A stretch of 64,000 nucleotides of DNA from an uncultured Rivularia sp. (GCA_963665115.1 OY762007.1:1-64000); one strand, 5' to 3'. Counted from the stretch's first letter, positions 10,167 to 20,352 are shown. The notes: generated from the sequence alone by a model not told the origin. Translations and numbers: made by a program.

Positions 10167-10360
10167 CTAAGCCAAATTTTACAGCAATGTCTGATAAAGA
10201 GTTAAGAGCTTACGTATTAGCAAATAAAGACGACCAAGACGCATTTCACGTCTATTGTGACAGGATTTATGCCAAACCAGGTCTAAAGGTGACTTCTATG
10301 AAGCAATTCAAGCAATTAGTTCGAGAAAAAGAAAAAATTAATCGCTTTCAGGTAGATTAA
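10163..10360 (+). CDS. 65-aa DUF6887-like protein
   Basis: MTKPNFTAMSDKELRAYVLANKDDQDAF; translationally coupled to the upstream ORF; paralog at 10631-10822. Confidence 0.75.
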   Translation: MTKPNFTAMSDKELRAYVLANKDDQDAFHVYCDRIYAKPGLKVTSMKQFKQLVREKEKINRFQVD

Positions 10361-10373
10361 GTTTGATTGAATT

Positions 10374-10400
10374 AGGTATTGCGTAAAATACACAATACCT
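10374..10400 (+). terminator. Hairpin after the first DUF6888/6887 pair
   Basis: AGGTATTG...CAATACCT inverted repeat just after the stop codon. Confidence 0.45.
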
Positions 10401-10435
10401 ATTAGTAATATTTATTCGACCTTTATAATATAAGT

Positions 10436-10575
10436 TACAGCACTTTGCAGGTATATGAGGTACATTTCCCTACTCCCTACTCCCTACTCCCTACTCCCTA
10501 CTCCCTACTCCCTACTCCCTACTCACTACTTCCTCTAGAAACGATGTGTACCTCACTTAAATGAAATCTGCTGTA
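10436..10575. mobile_element. MITE with TA ends carrying a (TACTCCC)n heptamer tract
   Basis: Inverted ends TACAGCA..GAGGTACA and TGTACCTC..TGCTGTA. Confidence 0.75.
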
Positions 10576-10584
10576 TTTAGCTAC

Positions 10585-10621
10585 CTTTCTTATTTATGAA
10601 TCCCGTTCTCAAGATTCATCA
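10585..10621 (+). CRISPR. Solitary degenerate CRISPR repeat
   Basis: 10586-10608 is a 23-nt exact match to repeat positions 2-24. The remainder is diverged (TCAAGATTCATCA). Confidence 0.85.
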
Positions 10622-10630
10622 AAGTATAAA

Positions 10631-10822
10631 TTATTTTTGTTGCTGGCGAATACGTCTTTCTAATTCTGCTTCTGCTTCCTCTACTGACATAGGAGCAGAT
10701 TCAACAGAAGCAGCACGTCTTCTATCAACATAAGTGTAAAATGCTTGTTTATCTTCTGGATGCTGTCTAACATAATTCAACGACTCTGCATCTGGCATTG
10801 TTTCATAATTAAGCTGGCTCAT
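10631..10822 (-). CDS. Second DUF6887-like protein (63 aa)
   Basis: MSQLNYETMPDAESLNYVRQHPEDKQAFYTYVDR aligns by eye with 10163-10360. Confidence 0.75.
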   Translation of the reverse strand: MSQLNYETMPDAESLNYVRQHPEDKQAFYTYVDRRRAASVESAPMSVEEAEAELERRIRQQQK

Positions 10823-10995
10823 TGTATCGATACTTCCCCATTTGATAATATTTCAATCTGTAAGGTTTCTCCAACCAGCATTACAATACGGTTCACACGC
10901 TCATCATATCAAACTAAATTAATTGGTTGAAACAAATTACTTGTTCTTACTGACATTCGATAGAATGTCTTTAACTGCTCGATGGTTGGTTCCAT
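10819..10995 (-). pseudogene. Second DUF6888-like gene with a premature TGA at codon 29 (10909-10911)
   Basis: MEPTIEQLKTFYRMSVRTSNLFQPINLV*YDERVNRIVMLVGETLQIEILSNGEVSIQ. Same length as the paralog, which reads LVRLDER at this site. ATGA overlap retained. Confidence 0.8.
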
Positions 10996-11143
10996 AATTG
11001 CCCTGAATTAATTAAATTCTAAACAAGCGTCATAGAAATATCAACCTCTATGACTATTTTTATTTTGCCATAAAATAATACAAAAAATATATAATGCTAA
11101 TACCAGCCAAAAAATATTTGTTATCATATTTTGGCTACAATTT

Positions 11144-12102
11144 ATGTCTCCTAAAAACAGCTATAACCAAATTGCATTTGCGTTTTCAATCCTTCAACTA
11201 TTAGCCGAAAAGCCCAGAAAGCGAGATGAATTATCCAGTCTGCTTTCTGATATCTTGGAAAAACAAGGTAAATCTGAAGGTGATATGCCTCAAAAGTTAA
11301 CTCGAACAATTCGCAAGCTCAGAGATTGCGGTATTGAAATCAAAAGCGCTCCCCATCATCCTTACGAGCTTGTAGAATCGAATTTTCCGATAATTCTTTC
11401 TACCGAACAACGAGAAGCTTTAGCAATAGCAGCTTATTTCCTTGCAGACATGGGTTTCTCGAAGGAAGCAAGTCAAATTAAGCGCATCGGAAACATTACA
11501 GAGTTAGATATTCCAGGATTTATTAAAGTTGATTTTAGTCCTCCGGTTGACTATAGCGAGGATAAATTGGAGGAGATTGTTTGCGAACTTCAAGAACGAT
11601 TTGTACAACAGCGACGCTATACGATTCGGTATCAAAGTAAGTCGGGTGGAGGGGACGCATTTGGGATGTAGATCGCTCGGAATTACGATTGCATAATGGT
11701 GTTCTTTACTTATTTGCCTTTATACCCGATTGGTCTTCTTATAGATTCAACCACTGGTATAATATAGATCAAAATCAGATATTTCGTCTGGATAGAATTG
11801 CGAGTGTTGGAGCAGTTTCAGATACTCATTGGATATCTACAGATTTCCCGACTTTGAATGTTAGATATCGGATGAGCGGACAATTATGGAATTATCAACC
11901 ACGACGTAAGGATGAAGTGATTATTTGTAAGAATTCTGAAGAAAAATATTGCGATATCGAAGCGACTATTGATTATTGGTTTTGGTTTCGCCAGCGGATT
12001 TTAAAGTATGGAAAAAATGCTCGGATTATTAGTCCAGAAAAGTTTGCTGAGGAGATTAAGAAGGAATATCGGGAGATATTTGAGGGATTGGGGAATGGGT
12101 AA
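11144..12102 (+). CDS. HTH + WYL-domain transcriptional regulator, +1 frameshift near 11655
   Basis: N-terminal wHTH (RTIRKLRDCGIEI), WYL region (LHNGVLYL..IFRLDRI) and WCX-like end (ILKYGKNARIISP). Removing one G joins the two ORFs. Confidence 0.85.
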
Positions 12103-12204
12103 TTGGTAATTGGTAATTGGTAATTGGTAAAAACTTACCAATTTTTAAATAAGCAGCTACTAAGCATTTCAAAAGTCGATGATACAGCAAAATATCAAGT
12201 TTGT

Positions 12205-13297
12205 AAAGCGCAACTACTAGCGAACGAACTTTAATTAACCAGTTTCACTTTTAAAGCTTCATATTATGCGTTGTTTAATTTCTATTAATAGTTTTTCATA
12301 ATTATTTGCATTTAATTCGCTCATATATATATTTTATTAATATTGTTCGTAGTTGCGCTTTAGCGCCAAATATGTTCGTTTATAAAGCGCAACTACGAAC
12401 AAGCTTTAATTAACTAGTTTCATTTTTAAAGCTTCATATTGTGCTTTGTTTGATTTCTATTAATAGTTTTCCATAATTAGCTGCATCTAAATCAATCATA
12501 TAATATTTTTAAAATAGATAATTTTTCGTAGTTGCGCTTTGGTGCTATAGATGCTTGGCGCTAAAGCGCAACTACGAACGAACTTTAATTAACTAGTTTC
12601 ACTTTTATGCTTTTATTATGCGTTGTTTGATTTCTATTAATAGTTTTCCATAATTAGCTGCATTTAATTCGCTCATATAATATTTTTAAAATAAATAATT
12701 TTTCGTAGTTGCGCTTTGGTGCTATAGATGTTTGGCGCTAAAGCGCAACTACGAACGAACTTTAATTAACTAGTTTCACTTTTATGCTTTTATTATGCGT
12801 TGTTTAATTTCAATTAATAGTTTTCCATAATTAGCTGCATCCAAATCACTCATCTAATATTTTTAAAATAAATAATTTTTCGTAGTTGCGCTTTGGTGCT
12901 ATAGATGCTTGGCGCTAAAGCGCAACTACGAACGAACTTTAATTAACTAGTTTCACTTTTATGCTTTTATTATGCGTTGTTTAATTTCAATTAATAGTTT
13001 TCCATAATTAGCTGCATCTAAATCACTCATCTAATATTTTTAAAATAAATAATTTTTCGTAGTTGCGCTTTGGTGCTATGAATGTTTGGCGCTAAAGCGC
13101 AACTACGAACAAACTTTAATTAACTAGTTTCACTTTTATGCTTTTATTATGCGTTGTTTAATTTCTATTAATAGTTTTCCATAATTAGCTGCATCTAAAT
13201 CACTCATCTAATATTCTTAAAATAAATAATTTTTCGTAGTTGCGCTTTGGTGCTATAAATGTTTGGCGCTAAAGCGCAACTACGAACGAACTTTAAT
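12205..13297. repeat. Tandem array of about six 177-bp units, each with a TTCGTAGTTGCGCTTT..AAAGCGCAACTACGAA hairpin
   Basis: Hairpins begin at ~12346, 12525, 12702, 12879, 13056 and 13233. Confidence 0.95.
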
Positions 13298-15504
13298 TAA
13301 CCAACTTCATCGCTTTTTCTTTCAAAGCTTCTGCTGTCAAATTATTAAAGCCCATCAATTCACCTGCACTCGATGTGGTTTCTCCTCGTCTCCAGGATAA
13401 GGTATCGCGCTTGCTATTACTCCGCAACATGACTGGTTCTAACATCGCCGGAGCGCCGCCAGTTGCGCCGATTAAGGCATCTCCATCGAATAATTGAGCA
13501 AATTTGGCATCATCGATAAAGTCGCCGTCTGGTTGGGAGCAGGTATCCCATGCTGTATCTTCGGGACGATATAAACGACGAGGGTTAATTATGGAAACGA
13601 TTTTAACGCCAATATTTTCTTTTTGTAGATGTTCGGCTGCTTCAAATACTGGCTTTAACATCATATCGCCAATAACCGCAAATACTACTTTCTTATTTCC
13701 ATCGGTTTCTTGCAATACTACAGCACCATCTTTCAATCCTTGACGGGTTTGTTCCAAAGTTGTACGAATCGGTAAGGGTGATTTACTTGCGGTAATTACA
13801 ATTCCTTTATTCTTGGTAGTCAAAGCCCATTCGTAACAAGCTTGAATGCTGTTGGCATCGGTGGGGAATAAGGGGAAAATATTACCGTTACGCATCATGG
13901 AAGCAAAGTAAGCTTCGATTTCTGGACGTTGGTGTGTCCAGCCGTTGCGTCCCTTGCTCTAATGCACCTGCGGTAAATAAGGTGATTGTGGAAGGTGTTG
14001 GACGACGTAATTCAGCCATTGCTTGGGTGACAGTTTGCCAAATTGGTAAACCGTTGACAGCAAAGGATTCATAAGAACACCACAAACTGCGTCCTCCCAT
14101 CAAGCATAAACCAGCAGCTAAACCAGCACAAGCGTCTTCACTCAAAGGTTCGTAAACTTGTCCCTGTGGTGCTTGATTGTAATCATCATCTTGCGTGGGA
14201 TGAATAATTTTTAAAGCTTGGTTGATATTGCCAATACCCGATGCAGCGTTTCCGTCAGCGTTGGTAACTAAGAAATTCTTGTCAGCTTGTCCAACTTTAC
14301 CAACTAGAAGTCCCATCGCGGTGGTAGAAACTTTCGGCTCCCCACCTACCTGAAACTCTTGCAAAGGCAAATCGCCCAACTCAGGTAATTGTAACTCAAA
14401 TTCAGTTACCGCAGTCTTTGCAGCAGGACCGCCACCAGCGCGATCGCAATTGTTGCGTACTAATTCCCAAGCTTCTACGGATAAAGCACGTTTTTTCAAT
14501 GCTTCTACCATATGAACTGCATCTAAAGTATCTTTGGGATAAAGGTTGTGGGATTTGGAACCAGTAGCGTGAACCCCGGAACCTTTAAGTTGTTTAATGA
14601 TGAATACTGTTAATTTACCACCGAGCGCAGACTTAGCAGCTTTATCAATTCCTTCCAATACAGCTTTAGTAAACTGCAACCTTCTCTCAAAAGAAAATTC
14701 AGTACTATCTACATAATCTCCCGGCTGATTATTATCGTCAAAGTCTTTAGCGTCAACTATAATAACTTCCTTAAAACCATTACCAACCCAGTAATTTCCC
14801 ATTTCATCGTTGGTTTTCAAAGAAACCATACTGTGATGCTCTTGAGAATAACCATTCCATACCAACACGGGAAGGAAATTAGTAACTTGAGGAAAAGCCG
14901 TATTAAAATGCGCGATCGCACTCATAATATAAGGCTCTCCCAAACCACCATCACCAATGGTAAAGGGAAACAACTTATTTCGATTCAAATAAGCCGCAGC
15001 CATTGCAAAATGTTGTCCTTGCCCCAAAGGTCCCGCAGGTGCGAGAATGCCAGGAATCATCCCCGAAAGGTGTCCCAAAAGCCCGTGTTTTTCGCGGTAA
15101 CGCTCCCGCAACTGTGTCACCGTGGTAATATCCATGTCCTCCAAAGAACGATCGAGGAACATGGCACTATAGAAACCGGGAGCATGGTGTCCCACTTCAG
15201 TAAGAATATTTTTGTAACCCAGCATGACTAAAGCAGCATAAGCTTCCGCTTGAGATGCAAAACCCCCTGGATGTCCCGAAGCTTTAGTTCCGGTGACTTG
15301 TAATGTTAAATAACGTAAAGCATCGGCATAAAGTAAAGTTTGGTAAACAGCCGCTGGATCTTGAGTATCGCTAATAGCGGTTTTACCTACAGGAATCGCG
15401 CTTTCCTTACCGTACTTATCAAAATCGGGTTTTTCTTCCCCAAAATACTGAATACCTTCGCAAAACTTGGGAGCCGATGTAGCCTTGGGAGATGTTGCTG
15501 TCAT
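13293..15504 (-). CDS. Phosphoketolase-family TPP enzyme, +1 frameshift near 13950
   Basis: SGHPGG, GPLGQG and GDGGLGE TPP motifs. EQGRNGWTHQRPE is restored by deleting one G. Confidence 0.88.
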
Positions 15505-15846
15505 GCCGAATACCTAAATATACGAAAAAATTGTAAATGCCGCTTTGTATTAACAAGAATTTTACAACTTTACGGTTATCCTTATAGATTGTGATTTCTC
15601 AACCATAGGATAAATAATGGCAATGGGCATGGGGGATTGGGGATTGGTAATAGGTAATAGGTAATTTTCCCTTGTCTCCTTGTCCCCCATCACCACCTAT
15701 CCAGACAGTAGGTTGGGTTAGACACGAAAGTCAATTTGGCTGTAATAACAAGTTTTTACTAAACTTTACACAATAAATTCGTAGTTTTCCGAAAATTCTC
15801 AGATATATGTATAGATACCAAATTTGAGAAGGTCTAGACAAAGATT

Positions 15847-16131
15847 ATGGAAATATTATTTGCATTAGTATTTATTGTCTTAATAGTACTAGTCCTCGTG
15901 CCATCAAATAAATCCCGAACAGGAAATAAGTCTTCGAGTAATTGGAGTAGTTATAATTCATACTCCCATAGTATTCATGGTTCAGATGCGGGAAGTTCTC
16001 ATAGCTCAGATGCGGGAAGTTCCCATAGTTCAGATGGGGGAAGTTCCCATAGTTCAGACTGTGGTAGTTACGGTGGAGGGGGTGATTTTGGCGGAGGTGA
16101 TTGTGGTGGTGGTGATGCTGGTGGCTTTTAA
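15847..16131 (+). CDS. Small membrane-anchored Ser/Gly-rich protein with a DFGGG..GG tail
   Basis: N-terminal TM helix, 21-nt repeats encoding SSHSSDAG, and a tail resembling that of the downstream TPM gene. Confidence 0.65.
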   Translation: MEILFALVFIVLIVLVLVPSNKSRTGNKSSSNWSSYNSYSHSIHGSDAGSSHSSDAGSSHSSDGGSSHSSDCGSYGGGGDFGGGDCGGGDAGGF

Positions 16132-16975
16132 ATTTAGTTAAGAATAATTAAGTCCAGTTCATCAACCAAGAGGGAGGCAGCTATCTCAAAGTTCAAAAAC
16201 GCGCCTCCTCTTTTCACTACTCTCTAATTCAGTAAAAATATTGATTAGATAGCCATTGAATCATTCTTTTTATTTCAGTATATCTGCTTTGTTAAATTTT
16301 TAAAGCCGAAGTTAAAGTAGAGGCTGAAGTTACGGTGTTAGGCGAAAAACGTTATACATCAAATGTAATAAATCTATTTTCAAAAATTAATAAACAAACA
16401 ATAGATATACACAGATAAATAAAAATAAAATCAAAAAGAATGAAAAAACAGCTTAACCGTCGATATCAGGTATTTATATTTGTATTTAGTCTAGTTATTG
16501 CTTTAATCCTTACGAATATTCCCAGCTATGCTCTTACAGTAAATGAAGTACCAAACCCCCGACAGCAAAACGGTGGATGGGTAACAGATATGGTTGATAT
16601 GCTTTCTCCTCAAGCAGAAAATCAGCTTAACCAGATGATTTCTGAATTGGAAAAAGAAAATGGCACAGAAATCGCTGTGGTTACAGTTTCCACTACCAAA
16701 CCTTCCTCCACACCCAAAGCGTTTACTACCAAGTTATTTAATACTTGGGGTATCGGTAAAGAAGGTAAAGATAATGGGATTTTGTTCTTGGTTTCAAAAG
16801 GCGATCGCCGTACTGAAATTGAGACAGGAACTGGAATTACAAAAATTTTACCAAATGCAAAAGTTAGTGGAATTATTAAGCAACAGGTAACACCAAAGTT
16901 TAAGCGAGGGAAGTTTGAAGCGGGAATATTGGCTGGTACAAAGTCGTTGATTAGAGAATTAGGTAAAAATAGTAA

Positions 16976-17137
16976 ACCTGCAATTTCTCAAGTTAATCCA
17001 CAACCTGCAATTTCTCAAGTTAATCCGCAACCTGCAGTTTCTCAAGTTAATCCACAACCTGCAATTTCTCAAGTTAATCCGCAACCTGCAATTTCTCAAG
17101 CTAATCCACAACCTGCGATTTCCCAAGTTAATCCGCC
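16976..17137 (+). repeat. 27-nt coding tandem repeat, about 6 copies of PAISQVNPQ
   Basis: Seen directly in DNA and protein. Confidence 0.9.
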
Positions 17138-17245
17138 AACCGAAAATACAAACCCTTTTATTTACTTATTATTGATTTTAATTGGTTTGCCAGTATGGAA
17201 GTTCATCGGTTTGCCATCAGCAAGATATATTGCTAAAGCCTTTGA

Positions 17246-18601
17246 AAATATTACCGAAAATAATGGGTTTAAAGCCTCTCCCTTTAAGGGAGACTTTCTT
17301 TTATTGTATCAAGATGATATTATTTTATGTAAGATAGTCTGACGTAAAAATGATCGTATTTGAGGCAAAACTTGAAGGACTTAACGAACAGTACCAGCGA
17401 ATTGATGAAGCTATTCGTACTGCTCGTTTTGTGCGTAATAGCTGCCTCCGATACTGGATGGACAACAAAAACGTTGGACGGTACGATTTGAGCAAATTCT
17501 GCGCTGTGCTTGCTGCTAACGCCCTCGTTCCCTGGGTAAGTAAGTTAAATTCAATGGCTCGCCAAGCTAGCGCAGAAAGAGCATGGTCAGCAATTGCTCG
17601 CTTTTTTGATAATTGCAAGAAAAAGAAATCAGGTAAAAAAGGCTTCCCAAGGTTTAAGAAAGAGCAAACACATGGTTCTGTTGAGTACAAGACTAGCGGA
17701 TGGAAACTTTCTGAGGACCGATCGAGTATAACTTTCAGCGATGGTTTTAAAGCTGGGAAATTTAAGCTTTGGGGAACCCGCGACTTGCATTTTTATCAAC
17801 TAAAGCAATTTAAAAGAGTGAGAATTGTGCGTCGTGCTGATGGTTATTATGCTCAATTTTGCATTAATACTGAACGAACCGAAAAGAGAGAACCGACAGG
17901 TAAGACGATTGGAGTTGATGTTGGACTGAACCATTTTTATACAGATAGTAATGGGGAGAGTGTCGCTAATCCTAGACATCTTCGTAAAAGCGAAAAGTCT
18001 TTAAAACGGTTACAACGTCGGTTTTCTAAAACGAAAAAAGGTTCTAATAATAGAAATAAGTTTAGGAATAAGCTTGCTCGGAAACACCTCAAAGTAAGTC
18101 GCCAGCGTAAAGACTTTGTTGTCAAAACAGCAAGGTGCGTAGTGAGGTTTAACGACCTTGTGGCGTATGAAGATTTGCAGGTGAAAAACATGGTGAAGAA
18201 TCATCGTTTAGCTTTTGCAATTAGCGATGCATCGTGGTCATTGTTTCGGCAGTGGGTTGAGTATTTTGGTAAAGTGTTTGGTGTGGTGAGTGTTGCGGTT
18301 CCGCCTCATTTCACTTCTCAAAACTGTTCAAACTGTGGGAAGATTGTTAAAAAATCTCTTAGCACTAGAACTCATGTATGTCCTCATTGCGGACATACCC
18401 AAGACCGCGACCATAACGCAGCACGAAATATTTTGAAAAAAGGATTGAGTACGGCGGGTCACGTCGGAATTAACGCTTCTGGAGATATCGACCTCTATTT
18501 GGGTGGGGAAACTCCTTCAAATAAGTCGGATCGTGGAAAGAAGAAAACTAAGAAGTGATTCTTAGAATCCCCGCACCTTTTAGGTGCGGGGAGAATGTCA
18601 A
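17246..18601 (+). mobile_element. IS200/IS605-family TnpB-only (IS1341-like) element
   Basis: Left subterminal hairpin ~17271-17297, right hairpin CCCCGCACC-TTTTA-GGTGCGGGG, TCAA right end at 18598-18601, no TSD, and TTGA immediately 5' of the inferred left end. Confidence 0.85.
17350..18558 (+). CDS. tnpB: RNA-guided endonuclease TnpB
   Basis: RuvC-I IGVDVG, RuvC-II YEDL, zinc finger CSNC/CPHC and RuvC-III DRDHNAARNI are all intact. Confidence 0.96.
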   Translation: MIVFEAKLEGLNEQYQRIDEAIRTARFVRNSCLRYWMDNKNVGRYDLSKFCAVLAANALVPWVSKLNSMARQASAERAWSAIARFFDNCKKKKSGKKGFPRFKKEQTHGSVEYKTSGWKLSEDRSSITFSDGFKAGKFKLWGTRDLHFYQLKQFKRVRIVRRADGYYAQFCINTERTEKREPTGKTIGVDVGLNHFYTDSNGESVANPRHLRKSEKSLKRLQRRFSKTKKGSNNRNKFRNKLARKHLKVSRQRKDFVVKTARCVVRFNDLVAYEDLQVKNMVKNHRLAFAISDASWSLFRQWVEYFGKVFGVVSVAVPPHFTSQNCSNCGKIVKKSLSTRTHVCPHCGHTQDRDHNAARNILKKGLSTAGHVGINASGDIDLYLGGETPSNKSDRGKKKTKK

Positions 18602-19399
18602 TAAAGAGTATTTATCTCCATCAGGTACAACACGCCGACGCTTCTATTTTTTCGATCGGAAAGCTTACTGTAAGCAATGCCGCCAACCAATGCAGCAATT
18701 AGAAGCTACAGAAATAGAATCCCGTCTCACCAAGCCTCAGAAAGTAGCGCAGAGACTTGGTAGCAATAAATTTCAAGGTTGGCGGTGTTCTTGTTCTGCT
18801 GGAGCAACAAAAAATTCCCATATGCATCTTCTTATTTATGAGTTTCGAGGTAAAGCATCCAATTGTCCTACCTGCCATGAATTAACAATTACCGACATAC
18901 GTACACAAGTCATTAGTCGAGCAACTGAACACTCATCAGGTACTCGTCGCACATGGAAAAAGTGTCAATGCTGTAACTACGCTACTACCAAGGATGTAAC
19001 AATTCCTCGCTTGTCTCCTCCAAGTTCGAGTAGTAGTAGTAGTAGTAGTAGTTCTAGCAGTTATAGCAGCAGTGATTCGAGTAGTTCAAGTAGCGACTTT
19101 GGTGGTGGCGGAAGTGATGGTGGTGGTGCTGGAGATAGTTGGTAGAAAAAGCTTTATAGTTATTTTAGACTTTAGTCCTCAGTTATTAGGGCTAAAGCCC
19201 TTACTACGAACTTTATCAGTTCGTAGTAAGGGTTAGACACGAAAACAAATTTGGTTTATAACGATAACATTTTTTAATCGTGTCGTAACCCAACATCAAA
19301 ATCGTAGAATACTTGACAAGCTAATGTGCAGCTAAATTTGAGTACCATAGACAATTACCAAGCGAAACGGCATAATAATCCTGTAAATATAATCTGCTT

Positions 19400-19609
19400 A
19401 TGAAAGTCTTTACTGCAATTGTCGAACGAGATTTTGACACTAATCTCTACGTTGGCTATGTTCCTGGATTTCCAGGAGCGCATTCTCAAGGAGAAACTTT
19501 GGACGAGTTGCACGAGAATCTCCGCGAAGTGATTGAAATGCTCTTAGAGGATGAAAAAGTAGTATTTAAGACGGATTTTGTTGGTACTCAGCAGATTGTG
19601 GTTCAGTGA
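19400..19609 (+). CDS. hicB: HicB-family antitoxin
   Basis: YVGYVPGFPGAHSQGETLDELHENLREVIE motif. Confidence 0.9.
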   Translation: MKVFTAIVERDFDTNLYVGYVPGFPGAHSQGETLDELHENLREVIEMLLEDEKVVFKTDFVGTQQIVVQ

Positions 19610-19612
19610 ACT

Positions 19613-19837
19613 ATGAGCAACATTCCCGTTTTAAAACCACAAGAAGTTGTTCGTATTTTGGAAAAACTGGGTTTTATAGAAGTTCGTCAAAAAGGTTCGC
19701 ACAAACAGTTTCGTCATCAAGACGGTAGAGGAACAACTGTTCCTTTTCATAAAGGACGTGATATTTCTCCTAGACTTCTACGACAGATAGCAAATGATAT
19801 CGAGTTGACTGTTGAAGAATTGTTAGAGTTGCAGTGA
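19613..19837 (+). CDS. hicA: HicA-family mRNA interferase toxin
   Basis: LGFIEVRQKGSHKQFRH..TTVPFH motif. Confidence 0.92.
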   Translation: MSNIPVLKPQEVVRILEKLGFIEVRQKGSHKQFRHQDGRGTTVPFHKGRDISPRLLRQIANDIELTVEELLELQ

Positions 19838-20352
19838 AACTAACAAACCCTTTGCACCAGAACAGCAAAATCATCATTATCAATGGTTCACCAGGAGTAG
19901 GAAAATCAACAACAGCCCAACTTCTTGCTAAATCTTCTCAAAATTCGGTTTGCATTCGAGGGGATGATATTAAACATTGGATTGTTAACCGAGATTCCCC
20001 AGATTTAGCACGAGGTTTGACTTATATAAATGGTGGTAGCTGCTGTGAAAATTATGCCAAAGCAGGTTATGAATTAATCGTTTTCGAGTATGTCTTTACG
20101 AAAAAAATTCACGTAGAACGGTTTATAGAAAATTGCGGCATGAGATATTCATGTTTTATGTTTACCCTGATTGCACCTTTGTCAATTATTAAACAGCGCG
20201 AACAATTTCGTCAAAATCGCGAACCATTAGGGGAAGCTGTTGATATTGCTTACAATGAGATAATTAAAAATAAAGCAGATTTAGGAACTTTTATAGATAC
20301 AGAATTTCTTTCACCACAGGAAGTATGTAAATTAATTCAGAGTTTATTGTAG
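19834..20352 (+). CDS. P-loop kinase / AAA_33-like protein
   Basis: Walker A GSPGVGKST; GTGA overlap with hicA. Confidence 0.75.
   Translation: MKLTNPLHQNSKIIIINGSPGVGKSTTAQLLAKSSQNSVCIRGDDIKHWIVNRDSPDLARGLTYINGGSCCENYAKAGYELIVFEYVFTKKIHVERFIENCGMRYSCFMFTLIAPLSIIKQREQFRQNREPLGEAVDIAYNEIIKNKADLGTFIDTEFLSPQEVCKLIQSLL

Larger units (their letters stand above)
16440..19145 (+). pseudogene. TPM-domain membrane protein with Cys-rich zinc-ribbon and Ser/Gly tail, interrupted by an IS200/IS605 element
   Basis: TPM motifs (WVTD, WGIG, DNGILFLVSKGDRRTEIETG). Joining 16440-17245 to 18602-19145 gives one 449-aa frame (...KAFDKEYLSP...). Confidence 0.85.

Noticed and set aside
12205..13297. 177-bp array as a CRISPR array
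   Set aside because: The sequences between hairpins are homologous to each other rather than unique spacers.
17246..18601. IStron or Cas12 effector
   Set aside because: No room for a group I intron, the size and ends are those of a plain TnpB element, and it has no adjacent array.
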